A stretch of 62,902 bases of DNA, filler included, from Octopus bimaculoides (GCF_001194135.2; 9 parts of 8 records of this genome joined end to end with filler, not necessarily neighbours in it), one strand, 5' to 3'; shown: positions 48,585 through 62,209, counted from the whole stretch's first letter. Translations and numbers: made by a program. Notes: generated from the sequence alone by a model not told the origin.

Positions 48585-49494
48585 ATTCAATAGATTACTT
48601 AAGTATGCTAACATTCTCACCAAGGATGTGTAGATGACTGAATCACCACGAATGTGTCATTGTTATTTTGCTGATACTGAAAGCGTTGTCGACTCTGGAG
48701 AGATTTGAAACTAGATGCTGTAAAACATTCGTAAATGAAGGACTCGTCCGTTAGATAAATGTTAAATGTTCATATTAGTACGAGATAACAAACGCATAGG
48801 CAAACTTTACTAATTTTATTTTTTAAATATAGTGATATTACTGGTATTTTATTGGAACAGAGAAGACAAATGTCAGAATTGGCTTTCACGGAATTTGAGC
48901 AGAGAATAAGATGTGTAATCATAATTAGGTTATCTAACTTCGATTTTTGCAGTGTACAAAGCAATTTATTCTGAGGTTAGGGAAAAGAAATATTGAGATG
49001 TTAATAACATTTCAATGGAATTAACGAAAGGAAAATGGTGTTCAGCTGAAACTGCATAGCGGCTATGGCCGAAACAAAATACATGTTCATTTCTCATTAT
49101 GGATATGGATGGTACAATCGAAAGAGTACCGGCTAAAATGACTTCATTTTATGTTTGTGATTTGAGCAATCAAAGTAAAACAAAATCCTACATAATTTTA
49201 ACATGGTCGTTGGGGAATACAATGTTAACGCTGCTACTACTCCTATCACCACGGTCATCTCTGATGGTGATGAAGTCAACAACATCAATACCCACAATAT
49301 CGGTCTTAACACCAATAAACTTGATTAAAACAGCCACCTGTGCAACTACAACACTTACCATGTCCATAAGTTTCAAAGATCAACAGTAACAACGTTCAAA
49401 CTACAATATTCACAACATTCATAGCAACAATATTCATATCATTCCCAATTTTCACAAGAGCATTCACAATGACACTCACAACAGTAATATTGGT

Positions 49495-49720
49495 TTAAAA
49501 TGTTGGCACAAGGCCAGCAATTTCAGGGGAAGAGGTAAGTCAATTACATTGACCCCAGTGTACAACTGGTACTTATTTTATACAAAATCCTACATAATTT
49601 TAACATGGTAGTTGAGGAATAGAACCTCAGTGGTATTTGAACTCAGAACGTTAAGTCGAAAGAAATACCGCGAAGCATTTTTTTCCGGTGCGGCAACGAT
49701 TCTGCCAGCGCGCCACCTTA
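49495..49720 (-). mobile_element. SINE family B interrupted by a 40-bp local duplication
   Basis: Family motifs on both sides of 49582-49621. Confidence 0.7.
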
Positions 49721-50793
49721 CTCATAACGAATATGTCATTTGTAGCAACATTCCCACAATGAATTTAGTAACAACAATATTGATAGCACCACCATTCATA
49801 AAAACACGTACAACAGCACTTAACTACAGAAGCATTTACGCTAACAGCAACACCAGCAATAGCAGTAGCAACATTCACATGGAAAGCAGCACAATGGCAC
49901 GAGTCAACAGGCAATCTTTAACATAGACGCTGGTACTCATAGAAATAGTAACCGGATTTCCCCATCACTTACATCCTATATATAATTTTAAATGAAAGCT
50001 AGATGGTGTTTAAGATTATAATGACTTTATAGTATAGTATTAGATACATCATGATCCTGGAACAATGGAAGTCGGAATGGTCATGCTTAGACTATTCTGC
50101 CGTTATTATAACAGCAAGCACAGTGATAAGAACTATTTTCACAAGAGCGATCGACAACAGCGTCGAATACCACAGAAGCAGCAGTGGCTACATCATCAAC
50201 AGAAACGGCAGCAATAGCAGTAACTATAAAACAACAACAAAAGTAAAAAAAGAAAAGCAGCAACAAAAATAACAACAAGCCTATTAGTGCCGATGAAAGG
50301 CAAGCAGCAACAGGCTGCAACAGTTTAAGAGAATCACACAGCACTGGTAAACTTGAAGTGTCCATCTAGTCATGTGTGATAGAAAGAAATGAGAAGGAAG
50401 AGAAGAAGAAAGAAAATGACTATGAGCGAGAGGAAAGAGAATAGAGAGTGATAGAAAAGTAGAAGTAAAAGACTTGTTTAGAAGTAGAAAGGCTTGACTA
50501 CGATGCAAAACTAAACCGGATCAAGTTTCCGAGTGCGTATGTAGGTGTGTATGTGATAGTGTGTGTGTGTGTGTGTGTTTCTCTCTGTGTTTCCCCTGTG
50601 TGTGTATGTGTGTGTGTATGTGTATGTGCAGACGCGTTTTGCATATTATTGTGTACGTTCTTGTGAATGTATGTGGAGATGGATATACGTATGTAGGTAG
50701 TGAGTGTTTGCGGGTGTAAGTATCTCTTAATTGATGTGAACGTATTTGATCGTAACACAGGATGGCTATATGAACGTGTTCAAGGGTGTGTAC

Positions 50794-50836
<43 letters not shown>

Positions 50837-51234
50837 TGTATGTGTGTACGTGTATGGGTGTGTCTACGTGCATGTGTGTTGCTTAGCTCCAGGTGATCTC
50901 GGAATGAACAGACTATGTTTCGGGTAATCCAGCAGTGGTTCTGTCTTTATTTTAGGTAGTGTATTTATGACAAAGTTATCTACTATTTCTTCCTTTTCTA
51001 AGGCACTGGGTATGATTTGAAAAATATTTGGCTACTATTTTCAGCAGGCCGGGTAAATGCATAAAGGCTTTGTTCGGTGTATAAATGCGAACATCTGTGT
51101 ACATGAGTATGTAGATGTATCAATGCACGCGTATGTGTGAGAAGAAAGCTTGAGTGCAAATTCGTGGCTGTTTTAGTAAGAAAGAGAATGACTGAGAAGA
51201 CAGCCGCCGTCAGAATAGGTATTGGTTTCAAGTT

Positions 51235-51440
51235 CTGGTATAAGGCCAACAACATCAAGGGAAGGGCTAAGTCGATTACATCCACGCCAATGATCAACTG
51301 GTACTTAATTTATCGGTCCCCGAAAGGAAGAAAAGCAAAGTCGACTTCGGCGGAATTTGAACTCAGAACGTAAAAACAAACGAAATAAGGATAAAGGATT
51401 TTGCACCGTATGCTACCAATTCTGCCAGTGCGCCGACTTA
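51235..51440 (-). mobile_element. SINE family B
   Basis: aaagcaaagtcgacttcggcggaatttgaactcagaacg. Confidence 0.75.
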
Positions 51441-52416
51441 GCATCAGAATAAATATTACTTGAATGATAGTTTTACTTACTGGTATTACTGACAAACTGT
51501 TTCACTGAGTGATTGATTGGTCTGACAGATCTGAGGGATTGATTGATTGATTTGATTGATTAGTTGACAGAAGGAAATAAGCGTATGATCCGGTAGAAAG
51601 AGTTTTAAATAGACACAGACTATAAGTTCGACGGATTGACTAACTGAAAGCCAGATATATAAGTTGATATATATAGATGGATGGGTGAGAAAATGGATAG
51701 ACATGTATCTATCAACACACGCACGCACACACAAACACAAGTATATATATATGTATATATTTATCGTATATATTTATCGTTATTTTTCATAAAAGAGCCT
51801 TTAATTTTTTAGATATCCAATGTACATGTACATTTTCGCATTTTTTCTTCTTACTTTCCCTATATATANNNNNNNNNNNNNNNNNNNNNNNNNNNNNNNN
51901 NNNNNNNNNNNNNNNNNNNNNNNNNNNNNNNNNNNNNNNNNNNNNNNNNNNNNNNNNNNNNNNNNNNNNNNNNNNNNNNNNNNNNNNNNNNNNNNNNNNN
52001 NNNNNNNNNNNNNNNNNNNNNNNNNNNNNNNNNNNNNNNNNNNNNNNNNNNNNNNNNNNNNNNNNNNNNNNNNNNNNNNNNNNNNNNNNNNNNNNNNNNN
52101 NNNNNNNNNNNNNNNNNNNNNNNNNNNNNNNNNNNNNNNNNNNNNNNNNNNNNNNNNNNNNNNNNNNNNNNNNNNNNNNNNNNNNNNNNNNNNNNNNNNN
52201 NNNNNNNNNNNNNNNNNNNNNNNNNNNNNNNNNNNNNNNNNNNNNNNNNNNNNNNNNNNNNNNNNNNNNNNNNNNNNNNNNNNNNNNNNNNNNNNNNNNN
52301 NNNNNNNNNNNNNNNNNNNNNNNNNNNNNNNNNNNNNNTATATATATATATATCTGTCCGGCATTCGCCATGATTGATCGCTAGCCACTACACATTCTCT
52401 TTTCTCTCTCCTTGTT

Positions 52417-52454
52417 TCTTTCTGTGGAAGAGCGTAGGCTTGAAACGTTAAAGA
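52417..52454 (+). ncRNA. Minimal hammerhead-like motif (PLE type) with variant core
   Basis: TCTTT-CTGTGGA-A-GAGC(GTAG)GCTT-GAAA-CGTT-AAAGA: stems I and II and a palindromic ACGT stem III present, but the core deviates from CUGANGA. Confidence 0.4.
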
Positions 52455-52548
52455 CTTTTTCACTTACTTCTCGAACGTTACACTAATACATCTGTTTGTT
52501 GTCTACACCACCTGTCTTCGTCTTTGTTTTTTTTTGTGAATTCTCCCT

Positions 52549-52591
<43 letters not shown>

Positions 52592-52600
52592 ATTTATATA

Positions 52601-52843
52601 TGTAAAGAATAAAATATTTTGAATGACACAACAATGCACTATAATAACTGTTGTAATTTAATCCTCCATAGGGATATCTGAAGAAGGAATTTTATTCCGA
52701 AATAACATATCAGACTATGGATGATTAAATCACAACAGTTAATATAGTCCATTGTTTGTATTATAGCGCATTGTTGTGTCATTCAAAATATTTTATTCTT
52801 TACAAACAATAGACAATGCTTCAAGCGAACTACAACACTCTCC
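52601..52843. mobile_element. Penelope-like terminal repeat in partial inverted arrangement
   Basis: 52601-52670 is an inverted, internally deleted copy of ~52715-52803, flanking a hammerhead-like core. Confidence 0.6.
52673..52711 (+). ncRNA. Minimal hammerhead ribozyme motif (PLE type), cleavage triplet probably mutated
   Basis: GATAT-CTGAAGA-A-GGAAT(TTT)ATTCC-GAAA-TAAC-ATATC: intact CUGANGA and GAAA with perfect stems I and II. Confidence 0.55.
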
Positions 52844-54460
52844 TATCTTTATATATTTGTGTATATAAAGATATATATAATATATTTAAATGCATGTATA
52901 TATATATATATATATATATATATNNNNNNNNNNNNNNNNNNNNNNNNNNNNNNNNNNNNNNNNNNNNNNNNNNNNNNNNNNNNNNNNNNNNNNNNNNNNN
53001 NNNNNNNNNNNNNNNNNNNNNNNNNNNNNNNNNNNNNNNNNNNNNNNNNNNNNNNNNNNNNNNNNNNNNNNNNNNNNNNNNNNNNNNNNNNNNNNNNNNN
53101 NNNNNNNNNNNNNNNNNNNNNNNNNNNNNNNNNNNNNNNNNNNNNNNNNNNNNNNNNNNNNNNNNNNNNNNNNNNNNNNNNNNNNNNNNNNNNNNNNNNN
53201 NNNNNNNNNNNNNNNNNNNNNNNNNNNNNNNNNNNNNNNNNNNNNNNNNNNNNNNNNNNNNNNNNNNNNNNNNNNNNNNNNNNNNNNNNNNNNNNNNNNN
53301 NNNNNNNNNNNNNNNNNNNNNNNNNNNNNNNNNNNNNNNNNNNNNNNNNNNNNNNNNNNNNNNNNNNNNNNNNNNNNNNNNNNNNNNNNNNNNNNNNNNN
53401 NNNNNNNNNNNNNNNNNNNNNNNNNNNNNNNNNNNNNNNNNNNNNNNNNNNNNNNNNNNNNNNNNNNNNNNNNNNNNNNNNNNNNNNNNNNNNNNNNNNN
53501 NNNNNNNNNNNNNNNNNNNNNNNNNNNNNNNNNNNNNNNNNNNNNNNNNNNNNNNNNNNNNNNNNNNNNNNNNNNNNNNNNNNNNNNNNNNNNNNNNNNN
53601 NNNNNNNNNNNNNNNNNNNNNNNNNNNNNNNNNNNNNNNNNNNNNNNNNNNNNNNNNNNNNNNNNNNNNNNNNNNNNNNNNNNNNNNNNNNNNNNNNNNN
53701 NNNNNNNNNNNNNNNNNNNNNNNNNNNNNNNNNNNNNNNNNNNNNNNNNNNNNNNNNNNNNNNNNNNNNNNNNNNNNNNNNNNNNNNNNNNNNNNNNNNN
53801 NNNNNNNNNNNNNNNNNNNNNNNNNNNNNNNNNNNNNNNNNNNNNNNNNNNNNNNNNNNNNNNNNNNNNNNNNNNNNNNNNNNNNNNNNNNNNNNNTACA
53901 TACATATATAGTATTAATAATACGCAGTCCCGAACAGGACACTCGGATTTACCCAACGAGAAAAGTTCCCAGAGCCTAGCAACTTGTTAGCTCAGATACC
54001 ACATAAGGATCGTTGTGGTTAGCCGGTATCTGAAACCGACTTGAGAGGAAACATGCTCACCACCAGGATAATATAGCCCATTAAACTCATCTTTCAAATA
54101 TATTTGTGTGTACATACATACATACATACATACATAATTACATACATCCATACATTCATCCATCCATTCATCCATCCATCCATACATACATACATGCATA
54201 CACACATCCATCCATCAATCCATCCATCCATCCATCCATACATACATACATACATACATACATATGTGGAGTATGTGTATATATAAATATACATAATTTC
54301 AAATAAACACAATGAAACAGATCAATGGTTAGATATATTAATAGATAAATAGATAGCTTTAAAAAAGTGCTGCATGCATACGTGTGTGTGTGTGCGTGTG
54401 TGTGTGTATGTGTGCGCGCGTACTTCCCCTATCAAACTGAAACCACCTATATTTTTTACC

Positions 54461-54530
<70 letters not shown>

Positions 54531-55008
54531 ATTCATCTATATATTTCTCTATCAAAGTATCAACGTATACAATTTATACTTATATTTGTATATTTGTCAG
54601 TGAGTGTGCTTGTGTTTGTATAAATGGATAGATGATTGACTGTTAAATAGTTTCACATACACACACATTTATATATATANNNNNNNNNNNNNNNNNNNNN
54701 NNNNNNNNNNNNNNNNNNNNNNNNNNNNNNNNNNNNNNNNNNNNNNNNNNNNNNNNNNNNNNNNNNNNNNNNNNNNNNNNNNNNNNNNNNNNNNNNNNNN
54801 NNNNNNNNNNNNNNNNNNNNNNNNNNNNNNNNNNNNNNNNNNNNNNNNNNNNNNNNNNNNNNNNNNNNNNNNNNNNNNNNNNNNNNNNNNNNNNNNNNNN
54901 NNNNNNNNNNNNNNNNNNNNNNNNNNNNNNNNNNNNNNNNNNNNNNNNNNNNNNNNNNNNNNNNNNNNNNNNNNNNNNNNNNNCACATATATATACACAC
55001 ATACATAC

Positions 55009-55110
55009 GTACAGTAATACCTCACTTTACGAAGAGCCGTTTTACGAGTTCCCGGCTTTAAGAGTTTTTAAGAGTATTATTTTCTGTTTACGAGTTCTCG
55101 CTTTACGAGC
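55009..55110 (+). mobile_element. Tc1/pogo-type MITE 5' end
   Basis: TACAGTAATACCTCACTTTACGA...tttacgag repeats. Confidence 0.45.
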
Positions 55111-55854
55111 GTTCTCCGGGAACAAATTAACACATACACACAGGTACACACATACAGAGAAACGTAGAAACCATCATGTTCTCATTTGTACGTGTTTATG
55201 TTTATATATATGCATGCATGTATGTATGTATGTATGTATGTATGTATGTATGTATGTATGTATGTATCTACGTATTCGCATGCACATACATATATATGCG
55301 TATGTGTTTAATATGAATATCTGTCATATACTGAAAATCTTATCTAATCAACCGATCCTTGCATTTCTGGCGCTGAAAAACACTTCATATGAAGGAGAAC
55401 AAATTAACAATCATAAAAAACAAGGGCAACACAAAAGACCAGCTCAACAGTGATAGTTATATATTCTAAGATACAGGATATTTCTAAGATTAATAAACAA
55501 TAAAGTCAAATTATCAAAGAAGTAACTTTCTATAGAAGTAACTTTATTTATTTGTTTTAATAAAGCATCTTCATTACAAAAAAAGTACCTCCGCTAAATA
55601 AATAACAAGATCTGTAGAAAACAGTCATAGAAAATAAATAAAGAAGAAGATTTGAAGCAAAAGTAAAAAAAAAAGTAGAAATCCATCACAGGAAGAACTA
55701 CATAAACCAATAACAAAGCAAAATATAAATAAATGAGGCTGGCAGTGAATCAAAAAAGCTATTGGCGTTTTTACTTTGTAATTTCAGAAAAAAAATTGAT
55801 ATCTGCTGTTAGAAATAAATGGCTTGCATTTCCACACACGCACTCACACGCGTG

Positions 55855-56011
55855 CGCGTGCGCACGCACACACACTCACATACACTCACAAAGCATACAT
55901 ACATACATACGCACAGACGTGTGTGTGCGTGTGTACATGTGTGTGTGTGTGTGTGTGTGTGTGCGTGCGTGTGTGTGTGTGTGTGCGTGCGTGTGTGCGT
56001 GCGCGTGTGTG

Positions 56012-56062
<51 letters not shown>

Positions 56063-56942
56063 GTGTGTGTGTGTGCGTGTGTGTGTGTGTGCACGCGCAC
56101 GGTGTCACAATTGAAAGACGAGACGTTCCTGTATACCGAAGCAATATCATATGCAGAGGGGCGATAAAATATTGTAAAGTAAGGGAATTCGGTCGACAAA
56201 CTAATAATTAGCGGCCAGCATTGTCGCTTTTGTAACATCGAGGGACCTTCTGCGTGGCGCCCGAACTGCCTGCTAGATATAGCAACAAAATCTTCAAATT
56301 ACACCATACCTTTCTCAAAACTTTGAATAATGTAATTTTAGATGCATTGTTCGAATAAAAGACTCGATGGCCATGAAGGAAATGCCTTCGACTGTTGGTC
56401 TGCGAAATCATTACTGACTTGAGACTAAACGAACGCAATGTATTATTTAATTTAACTCAATCTATTTTCGTCTTAGGCTCAAAATACCGTCGAGGTTAAG
56501 ATTTCCCTTTCATGTGTCCGGGAACCATAAAGCTAAGCAATAATGGAATGGCGGTAAATTCAATCAACTTCACCCTATCTTTTCTCAAATATGTGACTTC
56601 GTGAGTGATAGAAATCATAGAGATGGTCATTAAATTTATTGGCCAGCAGGGTTGCTTTCCTACTTCCTTGTTGGCTGAGATAACTGTAAAACAATAGTAT
56701 CATTCCATGCACTATTAGCATCTACAGCAGAATTAGCTTTGCCATCGCTATCACAACCACAGGCTGTTTATAGCTTTTGTAATGGAACAAACTTTACTGA
56801 ACTTTTCTTTCTTTCCCTTCTGTTTACTTCAATATTCTTTCTCTCTAAACTTCCTATGTTTCTTCACTTCTTCCTTCCTTTCTTCTTTCCTTTACTTCCA
56901 TTCCTTTATTTCTGTTTCTCTTTCTTTCTTTCTCTCTTTATT

Positions 56943-57011
<69 letters not shown>

Positions 57012-57225
57012 CTCTCTCTTTCTTTCTTTCTTTCTTAGATTCATTTTATTCCACCTCATGATGTTTTTAACATGGCTACGTTGAATAAAGTCACTGACAG
57101 ACAGTTTCTTAAATCGATTAGATATATAAATATTATACATAGCGACAAATAGACAGAGAACCAGGAGTATATCTGTAACACACACACACACACACACGTA
57201 CATTTAACAGGGGGGGGGGCGATAG

Positions 57226-57288
<63 letters not shown>

Positions 57289-57416
57289 ATAGTAGATAGA
57301 GAAGAGAGAGAAGGATATTAATAGATAATAAAGAATCTTTTATCGATCGATCGATTTAAAATATAGAAAACACAAGAGACAGACAGACAGACAGACAGAC
57401 AGATAGACAGACAGAC

Positions 57417-57489
<73 letters not shown>

Positions 57490-58418
57490 CATGCATACAT
57501 AAGCTCTCACACACACACACACACACACACTTACAAAGACAGACAAACAGGTAGATTAGAAGATTGACGTGAAGAAGAAGCATAAACAAGAAAACGTGAG
57601 AGGAGAAACGGAAAGTGCGATAAAAGAAAGGAACAACGATGGAAAAACAAATAAAATAGAGAGTGAGTGAGCGAGAGATAGAGTGAGAGGGAGAAGACAA
57701 ATAGATAGTGAAAGAGAGAAAGGAATGTGTGAATAGAAGTGAAAGACAGAGAGAAGAGAGGGGGCGTAAATGATGAGATGAGTGAGTGAATGAGTGGAAG
57801 GGTGAGTGAATAAGAAAATCGAGATAGAAGAAGCAGCGTAAAAGGAAAAAAAAATAAAGAAAAAAACAATGGATGTTTAAGTTGGTCTACGAGTATTACA
57901 TCGGATTCAGAACTTCCCAAACAAGTTATAACCGAACGGATTTAGTTCTAACAGATACAATGGCTTGTCCAATACTGTGACTTTACAGTGAAGTTGTGAG
58001 TATAGATATTGCGTGTATTTCATACATAGATATGGAAGTGCGTGCGAGTGCGTGTGCGAGTGCGTGTGTGAATGTGTTTATATGCATGTTTATATGTGTG
58101 CCTGGTGGGTGTGAGTATGCATATATAGTTTTTACATATATTGAAAGACATTTATACATATATATACAAGCCACCACCACCCTCCATACACACACAAACA
58201 AGCAAACATACACACTTGCAGGTATGGGTTGTCCTCTTCAGAAGATCGCTTCAAGACTACGTGGTTGTGGGTTCGATCCTAGTGCACAGGAACATGGGTA
58301 CTTTTAAAGTAACATGCGGGTAATGATTATGTTAATTTGATATTGGAGTTTTAGTTGACAGAAGCTGTCTATCAACTGCGCGTGTGTGTGTGTCTCTCTC
58401 TTTAGATATAAATAGATA

Positions 58419-58450
<32 letters not shown>

Positions 58451-58553
58451 ATAGATAAATAGATAGATAGATAGATAGATAGATATAGATAGATAGACAG
58501 ATAGATAAATAGATATTTATATATATATGAGTATAAATATGTATGTATGTATC

Positions 58554-58636
<83 letters not shown>

Positions 58637-58948
58637 GTATGTCTGTATGTATGTATATGTATGCGCACATACATACATGTTTGCATGTATGTATGTAAAT
58701 GAAACAAAGATGAGTAACGTATTTCAACAGCATAATATTAAATACCATGATATTAAATGTGTGTGTGTATATGCATACATACATGCATACAGACAAACAC
58801 ACATACCTAAACACACACACGCACACACATATATTTATACATGCACAAATATATATTTACATACAGGCATACATGTATACATACATGAATACATACATAC
58901 ATACAAATAGATAGATAAATAGATAGACAGACAGACAGACAGACATAC

Positions 58949-58994
<46 letters not shown>

Positions 58995-59059
58995 GCAGAT
59001 AGGTAGCTATAACATACGATCGCATACAAAAACGAATGAATGAACGAATATATATGTGC

Positions 59060-59094
<35 letters not shown>
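55855..59094. repeat. Microsatellite-dense zone: (TG)n, (TTTC/TC)n, (GATA/GACA)n, (TA)n, (TATG)n
   Basis: Seen directly; source of most ORFs in the track here. Confidence 0.9.
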
Positions 59095-59279
59095 NNNNNN
59101 NNNNNNNNNNNNNNNNNNNNNNNNNNNNNNNNNNNNNNTTAATTAATTAANNNNNNNNNNNNNNNNNNNNNNNNNNNNNNNNNNNNNNNNNNNNGAGAGA
59201 AAGTTGTGGTGGAAGAGTACAGCAGGGTTCGCCACCATCTCCTGGCGGAGCCTCGTGGAGCATTAGGTGTTTTCTCTCA

Positions 59280-60260
59280 ATAAACACTCTAGGAGTAATC
59301 ATCCTAGAAAAATTATCGATAATTTAGTAAGAAATACTTCATTAAGACTTTCTAAATTATCTGCAGATGATATGGTTTTGATAATGAAGCTCAATTCTAT
59401 AATTCGGCATTAAATAAGGCAGGATACAAAGAGAAGGTTTACTATGTCAAACCTGATTGTAACAATAGTAACACAGATATGAATTATAAGAATAAGGTTA
59501 GAGGAAATAAGGAAAATAAACCCAGAGATATTCATAAACGTAACATAGGTAATTTAAATTTTTTAAAGAATTATACAAATAACTGCGATAACACTAAAGA
59601 TAATAATGTATGGTTCATAATCCCTTTTGGCAGAAATGTTAAATCTAATTTGATTGCACAGTTTCGCGAGGTGATAGGTAGATATTTCCCAAAGAATTCA
59701 CATTATGGTAAAATTATTAATACACATAGCATTAGGTTTGGTTTCTCAAACACTAAGAACTCAGCCCAAATAATTGCAGCTCAATTTTAAAATACTTATA
59801 TCAAAGGGAATTGGGGAGGATAGTGATGAGAACCCTGATATAAATAATAATAATAATAATAATAATAATAATCGTACTAGGATTACAGTAACAGAGGTTA
59901 ACCTCAGAAGATTAAAGTTTGAAGGCCCAAATGCTAGATTGAAGAATATAGTTTATCAATGTAAGGTAACGACCCAAACAGATATTAACATATACGCGGG
60001 TTGTTCTTCGGGAAAAATTTGTAAACGAATATCGAATCATTATAATACGTTTAGAGATAGAAGTAAAATGGCGAATACTAGTCTTAGTAAATTTATTTGG
60101 GAACTGAAGGAACAAAAAAAGCAATATTCGTTAGAATGATCAATTATTGGAAAATCATTTCCTTATGACAAAGATAAGAGATATTGCTCGTTGTATAATC
60201 TAGAATTATTTTTTTAATTATTTTCTAAGGGTTAGTTAATAAATAAACTCACATATAATG
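59280..60260 (+). mobile_element. Penelope-like element remnant: RT thumb, linker and GIY-YIG endonuclease (pseudogenised)
   Basis: SNHPRKIIDNLVRNTSLRLSKLS...YNSALNKAGYKEK; VWFIIPFGRNVKSN...YFPKNSHYGKIINTHSIRFGFSNTKN; IVYQCKV...IYAGCS...KRISNHYNTF...TSLSKFIWELKEQKKQYSLE*SII...CSLY. Frameshifts and stops present. Confidence 0.85.
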
Positions 60261-60881
60261 CTTTCAGATGTAGCCATTTTCTTAGGTATACGTTTTTCTG
60301 GTTTAAATAAATTAAAAATTTCAGTATGATCGGGTATTGTAATATAATATTAGGTTTAAAAGACAGGATATATTAACTGTATGATTTATTATTACTAATA
60401 ATCTAATTGTATATTTGTATTTATTTACTAAAGTTTCTAGAGATAATATAATATAGATTTCCATTAGTTTAGAATTTATTACCAGTGTTCAATAATTTAT
60501 ATTACTTGATTGTTTATAATTAATAATATTATTAGGGTTTTCTCCCTTAGACGGACTTTTATTTGAGGAGGAATTTTGAATATGGATCAGCCTTAGAGAT
60601 TATAAATCTTTTTTGGTGTTTACTTTTTACCTTCAGGATGTGTAAGTTAATTTACTTATTTAACTTGAATTAAGAGTTGAATTTGAACTTATACAGGAAT
60701 GTATACATAGGTAATAAACTTTAATATATAAGGATTTAGCGTCAAAGCTCTTATTTAAATTTTTTGATATATAACCAAGGANNNNNNNNNNNNNNNNNNN
60801 NNNNNNNNNNNNNNNNNNNNNNNNNTTAATTAATTAANNNNNNNNNNNNNNNNNNNNNNNNNNNNNNNNNNNNNNNNNNNN

Positions 60882-61100
60882 TCATCATCATTTAATGTCC
60901 ATGTTCCATGCTGGCATGGGTTGGATGGTTTCACAGGGTCAAACAAGCCAGAGGACTCTACAAGGCTCCAATGTTTACTTTGGCATGGTTCCTGTTAATA
61001 GATGCTGTTCTTAATGCCAACTGCTTTACAGAGTGGACCGGACACCTTTTTTTTATAACACCAGCACTCTGTGGGGTCACCAAGTAACCCACAAGACAGA
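60882..61100 (-). mobile_element. RTE-tailed SINE 3' end
   Basis: tcatcatcatttaatgtccatgttccatgctggcatgggttgg. Confidence 0.7.
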
Positions 61101-61707
61101 GATAACACCTTTGACTAGAAAAGGGATGTGGCAATATGTCATGTGGTCAGGCGTTGATAGAGTGAAGCAGTGGTTCTAAACCAGGGTCCATGTGGCCACT
61201 GAGGGCCCATATAAGATTCTTGGGGGTTCACACAGCAAAATAGTAAATTGGGGATCCACACTAGTATTTCAGGGGCCCCTGAAAAATGTATCTAATATAA
61301 ATATTAGATACATACATAACATTGAAAAGTACCTTAGGAATGAAAACCCAGGTTCGAAATTTCCCCAGGACACCTTATGAAGTCTGGAGGGTATATCAGC
61401 CAAAACGTGTTAACAACAAACATGATGAGGACAAATATCCATTGAATGTAAATAATGTAAATATCGCACTGCTGTCTATATAATTTCCTGTGTGCGTGTG
61501 CGTGTACATATATGTATGCATAAATAAGCGAAAGTATATATCTATAAACATATATATTTGTATTTCTATCTCTCTCTCCACCTATCTTTCTATTCTCTCA
61601 CTGTCTTTCCATCTATTTATCTATCAAACTATCTGTTTCCCTATTCATTCATCCCTCCCAAACCTACCTATCAACCATCCTACCTGCAGAGCAATATATA
61701 TATATAC

Positions 61708-61961
61708 AAAAACAATTGCAGCGTTTATAAGCCATTTAAGAAACACAAAAACCGTTAGATTCACTTCAACATTTAAATTTAATTTGCCAAAATATTTTCA
61801 TTGCTTTGAGACTGCGACCTGTTCACTGACAAAATTCCAGGTCACGGTCTCAAAGTGACGAAAATATTTTGGCAAATGAAATTTAAATGTTGAAGTGAAT
61901 CTAACAGTTTTTGTGTGTTTCTTAAATGGCTTATAAACACCTTCCACGCTGCAATTGTTTT
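61708..61961. mobile_element. Fold-back MITE with ~110-120 bp inverted arms and a 16-nt spacer
   Basis: aacaattgcagcg...tttataagccatttaagaaacac...gacctg / cagg...cgctgcaattgtt; arms about 90% identical by eye. Confidence 0.8.
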
Positions 61962-62209
61962 CTTTCCAGCACACGATCTCACATCAGGTCGCTTGCTATG
62001 CAAGTACATCTCCATAAAAAATATATATATATACATATAAGAGCGGCGCTGAAAAGTTCATGGATTTAAAAGTATCATGAAAGGCCTGGTTGGAGGCCCA
62101 ACCTTTAAGGGGCTTAGAAAAAAATGAAGGATCGCTGCTATAGGTTTGTGAATCTGAAAGGGGATTATGTTGAATAAAATTATAATTAACTGATCCTCCT
62201 CTATTTTCT

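Noticed and set aside
1862-55025. Long ORFs of 150-470 aa in the track
   Set aside because: They are open only because they run through N gaps or dinucleotide repeats.
60137-60139. In-frame TGA in the PLE endonuclease as possible selenocysteine
   Set aside because: It occupies a conserved Trp position (TGG to TGA) in an element with other stops and frameshifts.
17945-60837. Eight recurrences of TTAATTAATTAA
   Set aside because: Always embedded in N44...N44 blocks totalling 100 bp: an assembly gap spacer, not biology.
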